The position numbers and the translations under genes were made by a program. DNA of 64,000 bases from Dehalococcoidia bacterium. GTDB taxonomy: Bacteria > Chloroflexota > Dehalococcoidia > Lucifugimonadales > UBA3495. Positions 17,501 to 25,143 of this stretch are shown here, one piece after another (within the stretch, counting starts at the first letter, position 1; each line of letters opens with the position of its first letter). The stretch is taken from assembly GCA_965262485.1 (NCBI GenBank), contig OZ253540.1, positions 2,452,711 through 2,516,710 on the forward strand, in the 5' to 3' direction. The notes below the pieces were generated by a model that saw only the letters and a program-made list of their open reading frames with translations, was not told the DNA's origin and ran no database searches.

Positions 17501-18025
17501 TGGGAACAGACGGGCCTCCGGGAACAGACGGGCGGAACGCCGGCGGTATCCATCGACGGCGCCAGCACGGCCACGGCCAGTTTCACCGCGCCGGCGGTCA
17601 GCGGCGAAACGGCCCTGACCTTCCGGCTGAGCGTAACCGACTCCGGCGGCCTCACCGCCAGCCGGAAAACGACGGTGACCGTACTGCCGACGCCCACGGC
17701 CTGCGCCGGGGACGACCTGACGTCCACGGCGGGAACCGAGATAACCCTGGAGGGCATTTGCAGCACGAACCCCTACGGAGAGTGGTGGCGGATGGCGCAC
17801 CAGTGGACGCAGCTCGCCGGCCCCAGCGTCACGCTGACGCATCCGCAGACTGAACTGTACAACCAGGCTGCCGACAAGTTCGGCGACCCCAGGTTCACCA
17901 TCCCCGCCGACGCGGCGGCCGGCACAACGCTGGAGTTCCAACTAACCGTAACCGACAAAGAGGGCGGGACCGACACCGACACGGTGACCGTGACCGTCAC
18001 CTCGGAGAGCAGCAGCAGCGGTTAG
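14600..18025 (+). CDS. C-terminal fragment of the IS-interrupted adhesin (LRR, Calx-beta-like, FN3, four PKD/Ig-like repeats)
   Basis: The frame is open from 14509 and continues the upstream LRR gene once the IS is removed. It contains Calx-beta-like ITEGEDAVFTITA...VDEPNGTVTV, FN3-like LTVSWDEV..ATGYDVRW, and 4 x ~100-aa repeats. It has no signal peptide or SD of its own. Confidence 0.8.
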   Translation: MYLGWHNPSLTTLPSGFLTGLPTTLSRLSLEGFNLTDSELATIGSRFTSVTTLHLGGSGLSAAQTNALLDALAANPTVANLALDGNDLSGVDWTKLSEITSLRALDVTGANLNDSDAAEIAANAPAGLLNLYLGYNALTAVPSLARFARLPALVLEHNNLDDADLTANTFDGPSSLRVEITAGNPGITSTIDELDDRYSHVSFRSYAAVAVTSLAVAKTVIGEAPAGQEYGFSLSCTATGTTPRTHTFTRTAGESGYVPVHAPGLLTGSINAATFRTVGAATCTLTEPASHGALANDLFTDQVITRSGHTAAVTNIHGPIPPFAVRIAAANAEITEGEDAVFTITAIPAPPQDLPVDLRVTARGNYGVQERFRHWGGVTIKAGQTSATYRVPTSGDTVDEPNGTVTVGVLVGQGYGEPYPVDPANDYARVTIQDDDGGPEFRIEVDREHWTVTEGGAAVFKVVASPVSTTPVAVNLAIIHACYYGEGCDHGVLDTGLNSGMTTETVQETVTVRGKIVEKDGRRVRERDTVKIVSRVEGRATLMIPANADSETYTIQTRRDEDTDLYAYVSVRLLPSTNYQLTDDPSGVRQRQGTIVICNDADNDGECDERSPEEFTPDPDLFYSEPPSSTPSAQLGEAPGGSRLTVSWDEVAEATGYDVRWGVAAAPARQTARVSEPEFTTPELAPGVAHAFQVSACNDAGCSAQSPAVQGQGAAEPVQPTANAGPDLAGAPGGEVTLQGKGSTNPYGKWYQMAHQWTQLSGPPVTLTHPNTGQAAANFGDPRFTIPADVADGTTLEFELTVTDEEGESNSDTLTVTVAVTETIRPTAQAGPDLTGAPGGEVTLQGTDSINPYGAWWRMRHQWTQLSGPPVTLTHPKTSQPASNYADPRFIVPAGAADGATLEFELTVTDQEGESDSDTVTVTVIRPDNTPPVVAELALVRVFTDETVQLTGSATDYEDAADALTYLWEQTGLREQTGGTPAVSIDGASTATASFTAPAVSGETALTFRLSVTDSGGLTASRKTTVTVLPTPTACAGDDLTSTAGTEITLEGICSTNPYGEWWRMAHQWTQLAGPSVTLTHPQTELYNQAADKFGDPRFTIPADAAAGTTLEFQLTVTDKEGGTDTDTVTVTVTSESSSSG
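16757..18000 (+). repeat. Four tandem ~300-315-bp coding repeats (PKD/Ig-like modules)
   Basis: Repeats 1, 2 and 4 share ..AGPDL.GAPGGEVTLQG..S.NPYG.W..M.HQWTQL.GP.VTLTHP......DPRF.IPA...DG.TLEF.LTVTD.EG..D.DT.TVTV. Repeat 3 is divergent. Confidence 0.8.
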
Positions 18026-18159
18026 GAGCAAAATCGGGAGTTTGTCCCCCGACGCAACGCCGCCGGCAGTCTTACAAAAGCTGCCGGCGGCGTTATTTTG
18101 CAATGGACCACCCCCACTACGGATAAAGCGTACCCCGAGTAGCGAAATCTCCTCGACCC

Positions 18160-18334
18160 CAGGGCAAACGCATTCTAACTTTAGGGGGCCTCATATACCG
18201 TCATTCCCGCGAAAGCGGGAATCCATACAGCTTGCTTCCAGACAGTTGACGTACAAGCAAACGACCTGGATTCCCGCGAAAGCGGGAATGACGGACGCCT
18301 GCAAAGCCGATTAAATTAGAATGCGTTTGCCCTG
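18160..18334. mobile_element. ISAs1-type MITE (175 bp) with 19-bp perfect TIR and 10-bp TSD
   Basis: The TIR is CAGGGCAAACGCATTCTAA / TTAGAATGCGTTTGCCCTG. The direct repeat TCCTCGACCC lies at 18150-18159 and 18335-18344. The TIR starts like the ISAs1 IR CAGGGCAATCGCGTT. Confidence 0.85.
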
Positions 18335-18418
18335 TCCTCGACCCATTCCGCCATGACAACCCCGGGAGACTGGGTTTATAATGCCGTAATTGCTTTCCAC
18401 CGTTTTTGCCAGGTGCCG

Positions 18419-19258
18419 ATGACCAGTTTCGTTGACCGGCTGCGCGCCGCTTCCGAAGAATCCCAAAGCCTTGTTAGCGTGGGTTTGGACGTTAATCCCG
18501 AGGTGATGCCGGTTACCGACGTGGCTGAATTCAATCGAGCCATCGTGAACGAAACCGCCGATCTGGTTTGTGCCTATAAGCCCAATCTGGCATTTTATGA
18601 GGCATTGGGCCTGCCCGGATTGCGGGCGCTGGAATCTACCATCGGACACATCCGGGAGGTTGCGCCGCACAGCGTGATAATAGGTGATTGCAAGCGCGGC
18701 GACGTGGACTCTTCGGCGAAAGCGTACGTTAAAGCCATGTTCGACGTTTGGGGATTCGACGCCGTTACCATCAACCCCTGGGGCGGCAGCGATTCTATCG
18801 AACCGTGGCTCGGCGCACCGGATCGCGGTGTTTTCATCTGGTGTAGAGGTTCAAATCCGGGATCAGCCGACCTGCAGGACCTGGCGGTGGGCGCCGATGG
18901 ACCGGGCTCAGAGCCGTTGTTTCTGCGGCTGGCCCGCCGGTCTAACCAATGGTCTGCGAAGGGAAATGTCGGTTTGGTGGTGGGCGCCACGGTTCCCGAA
19001 CAACTGGCAGCGGTGCGAGAAGTTTGCCCAGACCTGCCGTTGCTTATCCCCGGCGTGGGCGCGCAGGGCGGCGACCTGGAAGCAGCCGTGCTGCGTGGCG
19101 TGGACGCCGCGGGTCGTCTGGCGATCATCAACTCATCCCGAGGAATTATTTACGCTTCGCGAGGAAAGGATTTTGCCAGCGCGGCGCGTGTTGCGGCATC
19201 CAATCTGCGGAACAGTATCAACGGGATATTGCAGGCGGCGGGGTTGGGATGGGGTTAG
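18419..19258 (+). CDS. pyrF: Orotidine-5'-phosphate decarboxylase (type 2)
   Basis: VGLD......YKPN.AF(Y/F)E..G and GDCKRGD(V/I) motifs. The start is set at the ATG at 18419 (MTSFVDRL...). Confidence 0.9.
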   Translation: MTSFVDRLRAASEESQSLVSVGLDVNPEVMPVTDVAEFNRAIVNETADLVCAYKPNLAFYEALGLPGLRALESTIGHIREVAPHSVIIGDCKRGDVDSSAKAYVKAMFDVWGFDAVTINPWGGSDSIEPWLGAPDRGVFIWCRGSNPGSADLQDLAVGADGPGSEPLFLRLARRSNQWSAKGNVGLVVGATVPEQLAAVREVCPDLPLLIPGVGAQGGDLEAAVLRGVDAAGRLAIINSSRGIIYASRGKDFASAARVAASNLRNSINGILQAAGLGWG

Positions 19259-19473
19259 ACCTGAAGCCCGGCGACATCGTTCGTCTGAAGAAGGCTCACC
19301 CGTGCGGGGGTTACCGTTGGCGAGTGAATCGGGTGGGTGGAGACATCGGCCTGTTTTGCCAAACCTGTGACCACTACATCATGGCGCCACGGTTCCGGAT
19401 CGAACGGCGAATCCGGGAAATAATACGCCCGCCTTCCGGCTCGGTCGAAGACAGCGAGCTTTCCCCATCGTGA
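19249..19473 (+). CDS. DUF951-family small protein
   Basis: MGLDLKPGDIVRLKKAHPCGGYRWRVNRVGGDIGLFCQTCDHYIMAPR matches the conserved DUF951 pattern. It is hidden inside a longer spurious ORF in the track. Confidence 0.75.
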   Translation: MGLDLKPGDIVRLKKAHPCGGYRWRVNRVGGDIGLFCQTCDHYIMAPRFRIERRIREIIRPPSGSVEDSELSPS

Positions 19474-20735
19474 TATCCAGCGTAAGAAGGACGCTGTTCA
19501 CCCGGTACCGCAGTATTACATTACTCAGCATCACCGTGGCTCTTAATAGTTTCGGGATGGGAACCGTGGCGCCGGTGCTGCCCCTCTTTACGCAGCAGGA
19601 GTATCACGTCAACGCGGCGCAGGTTGGCATTGCCATCGGGCTGTTCGGCGCGGGACGCCTGATTACCGGAGTTCCAGCCGGGTATTTGACCCAGGTGTAC
19701 GGACGCCGCCCGGTGATGGCCCTGGGAGCGGCGTTGAACCTGTTTGGCGCTGCCATGGTGTCCATGTCATTCCATTTCTGGTGGCTCACCGGATGGCGGT
19801 TTGTGTCCGGTTTGGGGGCAAACGCATTCTCGACGGTGTCAACGGTGTACCTGCGCGACGAGTCAACTCCCGAAACCAGGGGCCGCATACTCAGCACGCA
19901 TGAGATGAGCATTCTTTCCGGCCAGATCCTGGGGCCGTTGCTGGGAGGATATCTGGGATCGTGGTTCGGGCTCCGCGTTCCCCTCTTCGTCCAGGTTGGG
20001 CTGATGGCGTTGTCCCTGTTGGTAATCCTGTTCGTGCTGCCTGAGTCCCGTTGGCGCGAACAGCAGGCCGACCCACGGCGCCGACCGAGGCAGCAAACTG
20101 ATCAGGAGGACGCGCCGGGTGAGGACCCGCCGGTGGAGAGGGGGCGTGGGTCGTTTCTGAGGCTCATGTTAAGCCCGGCGTTCATCTTTGTGGGCTTGTT
20201 TGCCATTATGATAGTGGCCAACCGCCAGGGCGCCCGGTTCAGCGTTATGCCCCTGTTCGGCAAGCTCAAGGGATTCGGGCCGGATCAACTGGGATTGTGG
20301 CTCAGCTTAACCCATTTTCCACAATTCTTTTTTACCCTGGCGTCGGGTTACCTTTCCGACCGGTTCGGCAGGAAATCACCGATAATTCCATCGGTAATCC
20401 TGATGTGCGCCGGCATTGCTGCCTTCGTGTGGGCCGATAGCCTGTGGGAGCTGCTGCTATCCGGCGTGCTGTTGGGCATGGGTGAAGGACTTGGCAGTCC
20501 GGCCGGCACCGTTTTCTTCGCAGACATCGCACCCGTCGGCATGGAAGGCGTGACCCTGGGCCTCTTTCGCAGCTTCGCCGGGGTGGGCACCGTGTCCGGA
20601 GCGATGGCGTTCGGAGCCATTGCCGACGCTGCCGGATTCCCGTGGGCCTTGTGGGTGGATGCCATCCTGTTCGCCGCGGCGGGTATCGGAGTAATGCTCT
20701 TCGTGCGGGAAACGCTACGGCGGCGCAACAGTTAG
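19470..20735 (+). CDS. MFS transporter
   Basis: 421 aa with about 12 TM segments and a G..(T/A)...GRR loop motif. The GTG start overlaps the preceding stop (GTGA). Confidence 0.85.
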   Translation: MISSVRRTLFTRYRSITLLSITVALNSFGMGTVAPVLPLFTQQEYHVNAAQVGIAIGLFGAGRLITGVPAGYLTQVYGRRPVMALGAALNLFGAAMVSMSFHFWWLTGWRFVSGLGANAFSTVSTVYLRDESTPETRGRILSTHEMSILSGQILGPLLGGYLGSWFGLRVPLFVQVGLMALSLLVILFVLPESRWREQQADPRRRPRQQTDQEDAPGEDPPVERGRGSFLRLMLSPAFIFVGLFAIMIVANRQGARFSVMPLFGKLKGFGPDQLGLWLSLTHFPQFFFTLASGYLSDRFGRKSPIIPSVILMCAGIAAFVWADSLWELLLSGVLLGMGEGLGSPAGTVFFADIAPVGMEGVTLGLFRSFAGVGTVSGAMAFGAIADAAGFPWALWVDAILFAAAGIGVMLFVRETLRRRNS

Positions 20736-20749
20736 AGGGTGTCTAAAAA

Positions 20750-20790
20750 CTCCCTCTCCCCTTGTGGGAGAGGGATGGGGTGAGGGGTCG
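20750..20790. repeat. D-type hairpin repeat (CTCCCTCTCCCC-TTGT-GGGAGAGGGA..GGGGTGAGGGG)
   Basis: Lies between two convergent MFS genes. The same family occurs at 32121, 33989, 55350, 57470, 58030 and 61696. Confidence 0.7.
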
Positions 20791-20839
20791 TTCCCCCGCT
20801 ATTCCACCTCTCGCCCGAGATTGCCCAGGCGCTACCCTC

Positions 20840-22177
20840 TCAGCCTCCGGTGGCCCTCGGCGGCCGCGCCCGCAACGTGGGGTGGTCGGTTCGCACCTTG
20901 AGCAGTGTGGCGGCCCCAATGATGAACAGCAGGGCGCTGGCTCCCAAAAGAGCGGTGTAGCCAAAGCCGGGACCGAACCAGACTGTCACCAAGTCCGGCA
21001 ATGGGCCCATGAGCTTGGCGCCGGCGGCGCCCATCAGTGTGCCCAGATTAACGATGCCCATGTGCTGGGCTTCTCGGCCGGGAGTTCCCAGGTCGTTGGC
21101 CATTGCCCAGTGAGCAGTCAATATGACGCCCACCGCGGCGCCGATGACGCTGGCAACCAGTACCGCCAACAGGTAGGTGCTGACCCACATCATGACCAGC
21201 GTCGATCCCACTGCGATCACGAAGCCTACCATCAGCACCGGTTTTCGACCAATGCGGTCTGATAGCCACCCGGCCGGGTAGGTTGTTAGAATAAGCATAC
21301 CGCCAACCCCGATGATCGCAACACCCAACGCTTCAGCCGGGTTATCCACCTGCACCTTGTCGCGCAGGAAGAAGAGGCCGTAGGTGGTGAATATCACTAC
21401 CGCAGCCAATATGGCCGCGCGCGATACTACGAACCACCCCAAATCAGGGTGCAGCCGGGTCATATTGGCCGTTTCCGGGAACGACATTTCAGAGCGGTGA
21501 AATGCCGCCGAAGCAATGCCGCGCGATCCGCCCGAGCGCAGGAAGATAGTGGCGCAACTGGCGCTGGTGGCGCCAACCATGATGATCGCAAACATGCCCA
21601 GCGTGGCCCATAACCAGTAAACTGTGTCCGGACCAGTATATTTCCCCACCGTCATGCCAGCCAGGAACAGCATGGAAGCGCCGCCCAGAGCCTCCAGAAG
21701 GGTTTTGATGGACGCCGATACTCCCAGGCGGTCTGATGGCACCAGTTCTCTGACGGAAGCCAGATAAGGGGTATAGGCGATACCGGAGTTGATCTGGATG
21801 AATAGCCAGGAAATGAGGAGGCTGCCGTAACTGAGGGGCATCGCCAGGGCTCCCATACCCACCGAAATGAACACGGAGCCCCAGATGAGATACGGCAAGC
21901 GGCGACCGATGCGGGAGCGGGTGCGGTCGCTGGCCCATCCCACGGGAACCTGTACCGCTGCTCCGGCGAGCAGGCCGCCCAAACCCACGGCTCCAAGCAA
22001 AGTGTTCTTGGCGGCTTCCGGTGCAACCTGCAGCACCAGGATGGGCACTACAATGGTGTCCATCGCCAGGATAAAACCCGCCAATCCGAAACTGTATGCG
22101 TTGAGGCGAACCAACGCGAACTTGCCCCACTGTTGGGTTGATGCGAGACTCGCGGTTTCGGTGGCAGGGTTGTTCAT
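20840..22177 (-). CDS. MFS transporter
   Basis: 445 aa, multi-TM, with the D(R/K)xGRR-like loop SDRTRSRIGRR. Confidence 0.85.
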   Translation of the reverse strand: MNNPATETASLASTQQWGKFALVRLNAYSFGLAGFILAMDTIVVPILVLQVAPEAAKNTLLGAVGLGGLLAGAAVQVPVGWASDRTRSRIGRRLPYLIWGSVFISVGMGALAMPLSYGSLLISWLFIQINSGIAYTPYLASVRELVPSDRLGVSASIKTLLEALGGASMLFLAGMTVGKYTGPDTVYWLWATLGMFAIIMVGATSASCATIFLRSGGSRGIASAAFHRSEMSFPETANMTRLHPDLGWFVVSRAAILAAVVIFTTYGLFFLRDKVQVDNPAEALGVAIIGVGGMLILTTYPAGWLSDRIGRKPVLMVGFVIAVGSTLVMMWVSTYLLAVLVASVIGAAVGVILTAHWAMANDLGTPGREAQHMGIVNLGTLMGAAGAKLMGPLPDLVTVWFGPGFGYTALLGASALLFIIGAATLLKVRTDHPTLRARPPRATGG

Positions 22178-22191
22178 GACGGAGCTAATAA

Positions 22192-23421
22192 CAGGGCAAT
22201 CGCGTTTTAGCTGCGTAGGACTTTCAGCAGGTAGTCCTCCTTCCAGCCGGCCTGGAGGCGCTTCCCCTGGATGCCCACCTTAAGGCTCTTTTCGTTCTTG
22301 AGCAGATTGTGCGAAACCTGCCTCAGCGTCGCCATATTCTGCGGAGCGTGGTCCTTGCGGATTCGGCAATGGTCTTCCTTGAAAGTCACGTCCAGGCTCC
22401 AGTGCAAGGAGTTCTCGATGCTCCAGTGAGTGCGCACCACCTCCAGCAGGCGCTCCGCTGGCGCATCCAGGCTGCTGATGTAGTACCGGGGCTGTACCGT
22501 GGTCCCTGCCGGCGTCTCCCGGCGGCCCACCACCTTGACCACCGCGCGCAGGCCGGGCCATTCCTGGCCGGCGCTCAGGTACTCCAGACAATCTGAGTCA
22601 CTGATCACCCAGCACTCCCGGCGTTCTATCCGTCCGTGGTTCTTGTTCAGGGTGGTGGCGTAGTCGTGGGGAACATCCTCGAAGCCGAACTCCTCCGCTC
22701 CCTCGAACAGGTCCCGCACGTCTGCATACAGTCGACCCTGGTTCTCCTTCAGGGACAGCGCGTAGTCGGCGCCCCGGTCCAGAATCCCCTGGGCGATTTC
22801 CTTCTGGCAGCCCATGGCGTCGATAGTGACGATGCACCCCTTCAGTTCCAGCAGTTGCAGCAACTGGGGAATGGCGGTGATTTCGTTGGACTTCTCCTCG
22901 GTCTTCACCTGCCCCAGCGTCAGCGTGTTGGCCGAGGCCCAGGCGCTGACCAGATGGATGGCCCGCTGGCCCGAATTGCGGTCGTGGGAGCGCCGCACCG
23001 TCTTGCCGTCGATGGCTACCACTTCCCCGGGGATCAGGTCGGACACCGCCTGGGTCCAGGCCATGAAGCACTGCTGGAACTGCTCCGGGTCCAGCCGGGA
23101 GAAGACGTCGCCGAAGGTGTCGTGGGAGGGGACTCCGTTGGGCAGTTCCAGAAAAGTGCGGAACCACTCCTCCTTGCTCTTGCCGAACAATTCGATGTAG
23201 ACCCAGGAGTCCGCGCCGCAGATGACGGCGCAGATGGCAATGGCAATGATGTCCAGCAGCTGGTGCCGCTTGCAGCGGTCGATCCTGGGATCCTCCAACG
23301 CCTCGAAATAATCCATAATGGACGCGCCCTGCTCCTTCCTCATTACTCCCCCCGTCTGTCCTTCACATCACTGGACTCGTATCCTTGGCCAAGTCTACCA
23401 ACTTATAACGCGATTGCCCTG
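22192..23421 (-). mobile_element. ISAs1-family insertion sequence, copy A (1230 bp)
   Basis: Perfect 15-bp IR CAGGGCAATCGCGTT. The 10-bp TSD GAGCTAATAA lies at 22182-22191 and 23422-23431. Confidence 0.92.
22207..23343 (-). CDS. ISAs1-family (H-repeat-associated) transposase
   Basis: 378 aa. MDYFEALEDPR..RCKRH.L.DI..I...A.ICGADSW..IE.FG ... THWSIENSLHW.LDV.F.ED is typical of ISAs1 transposases. Confidence 0.92.
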   Translation of the reverse strand: MRKEQGASIMDYFEALEDPRIDRCKRHQLLDIIAIAICAVICGADSWVYIELFGKSKEEWFRTFLELPNGVPSHDTFGDVFSRLDPEQFQQCFMAWTQAVSDLIPGEVVAIDGKTVRRSHDRNSGQRAIHLVSAWASANTLTLGQVKTEEKSNEITAIPQLLQLLELKGCIVTIDAMGCQKEIAQGILDRGADYALSLKENQGRLYADVRDLFEGAEEFGFEDVPHDYATTLNKNHGRIERRECWVISDSDCLEYLSAGQEWPGLRAVVKVVGRRETPAGTTVQPRYYISSLDAPAERLLEVVRTHWSIENSLHWSLDVTFKEDHCRIRKDHAPQNMATLRQVSHNLLKNEKSLKVGIQGKRLQAGWKEDYLLKVLRS

Positions 23422-23464
23422 GAGCTAATAACCTCTGGAATCAAGCGTCCATACGAAGAGTATA

Positions 23465-23473
23465 TGCTACAAT
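23465..23473 (+). promoter_or_regulatory. Possible extended -10 promoter element TGCTACAAT
   Basis: A TGnTACAAT match lies about 60 nt upstream of the binding-protein gene. No convincing -35 was seen. Confidence 0.25.
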
Positions 23474-23533
23474 GTCGCCGTTGCACTACCCTGAAATACG
23501 CGGGGGTTCGCGTCCGCGTTGCCGACGAGGTTG

Positions 23534-24589
23534 ATGTCCGTGCGTGTTTGCTCGTTGCTTCCCAGTGGCACTGAAATCCTGTTCGCGCTGGGATTGGGCG
23601 AACAGATTATAGGTGTAACCGACCTGTGTGATTACCCTCCGGCGGCGGCCACCAAACGCGTTGTTTGTCGTAGTCGCATTGATCCCTCCAGGCTGTCCAG
23701 CGCAGAGGTCGAGGCCGAAATGCACCGGATATTGTCTGCCGGCGAAAGCCCCTACGAGCTCGATGTCGAATGGCTGGAACAGGCGGCTCCGGAAGTCGTG
23801 CTGACTCAGGACTTGTGCTACTTTTGCGAGATCGATGCTGGCACCGTTAACAGCGCGGTACGACCTTTGGCGATTCCTCCCCAGGTTTTGAATTTGAACC
23901 CGCGGACGGTTAGCGAGATTTTGGAGAGTGTTATTGAGGTTGGCACGGCATGCGGGTCTGCGGACCGGGCCCAAGCGCTCCGGGCCTCGATGCAATCCCG
24001 CATTAACGCGGTTGTCGAAGCCATTAATGACGTGCCACGCCGTCCGGCCGTTTTCTCGCTGGAGGGCGTGAATCCACTGGTTATCGGCGGCCATTGGGTC
24101 ACTGATCTGCTGCTGCGGGCCGGCGGTCGCCTGCCGGAAAGATTTGTGCCCGGCTGCCCCGCGGAACGGATATCGTGGGACGACGTGCTGGAGGCGCAAC
24201 CGGAAAAATTGTTTGTCGATCTGTGCTCGTCGGACCTGGCCCGCAGTGTGCGCGAGATTCCCTGGTTGGCGGCGCAGCACGGGTGGAACAGTTTGCCGGC
24301 GGTGCGAAATGGCGAAGTGTACCTGATCGACCACAGTACGCTGAGCCGTCCCGGCCCCAGGATAGTCGATGGGCTGGAGGCGCTGGCGCAGCTGACACAT
24401 CCCGACCGCGTCACCGGAAAGATTCCCGCCGACATGGTGCTCAAGCTGGATGCTGATATCGCCCGCGATCTGCCGCCCGAACGCGTTGGTGACGCGTTTC
24501 GGGCCTGGCCGGATGGTCAATCGCAATGTGCAGATTTCCCGGACAATGGTTTAACGGCGTCTGGCGTTAGTGATACTAGCCGGGTATAA
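23534..24589 (+). CDS. Cobalamin/siderophore-type (class 8) periplasmic-binding-protein-fold protein, no signal peptide
   Basis: ...RVCSLLPSGTEILFALGLGEQIIGVTD.CDYP...PDVV......NG.VY.ID......RPGPRIV.GLE.LA is typical of BtuF/FecB-like proteins. Confidence 0.75.
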   Translation: MSVRVCSLLPSGTEILFALGLGEQIIGVTDLCDYPPAAATKRVVCRSRIDPSRLSSAEVEAEMHRILSAGESPYELDVEWLEQAAPEVVLTQDLCYFCEIDAGTVNSAVRPLAIPPQVLNLNPRTVSEILESVIEVGTACGSADRAQALRASMQSRINAVVEAINDVPRRPAVFSLEGVNPLVIGGHWVTDLLLRAGGRLPERFVPGCPAERISWDDVLEAQPEKLFVDLCSSDLARSVREIPWLAAQHGWNSLPAVRNGEVYLIDHSTLSRPGPRIVDGLEALAQLTHPDRVTGKIPADMVLKLDADIARDLPPERVGDAFRAWPDGQSQCADFPDNGLTASGVSDTSRV

Positions 24590-24622
24590 TCATCGGAAAA
24601 TTGCCAGAGGAGTGAATCCGCC

Positions 24623-25111
24623 GTGGTTGATTCAGTCGCATTTCGCACCGCGATGTCCAAATTTGCTACCGGCGTTACCGTAATAACTACGCTGGACTCT
24701 CAGGGTTTTCCGCACGCTATGACCGCCAACGCCTTTACGTCGGTGTGTCTGGAACCGCCAACCTTGCTCGTGTGCGTGGCCCACAGCACAATTACCTATG
24801 GGTACGTGGAGCAGCAATTGCGTATTGGCATAAACGTTCTGCGCGAGGATCAGGAAGAGCTTGGTCGTTATTTCGCCCGCCCGCCGGCCCGCCGCGAAGG
24901 CAACCCGGAATACTCCTACACTGCTGGCGCCCACGGCGTACCCGCTCTGGATGGCGCAATGGTGTTCTTCAACTGCGACATCATCGGCTCCCACGTTTAC
25001 GGCGACCATACCGTGTACGTCGGCGAAGTCAAAGAGATGATGCAAAGTGACCAGGAAGCAACGCCGCTGATGTTCTACGACAGCCAATGGTATCATCCGG
25101 GCCAGGAATAA
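24623..25111 (+). CDS. Flavin reductase family protein
   Basis: FR.AM..FATGVTVIT........AMTANAFTSV.L.PP..LVC... is typical of the flavin reductase-like FMN-binding domain. Confidence 0.88.
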   Translation: MVDSVAFRTAMSKFATGVTVITTLDSQGFPHAMTANAFTSVCLEPPTLLVCVAHSTITYGYVEQQLRIGINVLREDQEELGRYFARPPARREGNPEYSYTAGAHGVPALDGAMVFFNCDIIGSHVYGDHTVYVGEVKEMMQSDQEATPLMFYDSQWYHPGQE

Positions 25112-25143
25112 GGACATCTTCACGAAGCGGAGGCTAGGGGGAT

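Noticed and set aside
23432-23533. A cobalamin riboswitch upstream of the BtuF-like binding-protein gene.
   Set aside because: The leader is only ~100 nt. I could not find a B12-box-like element or the expected multi-stem architecture.
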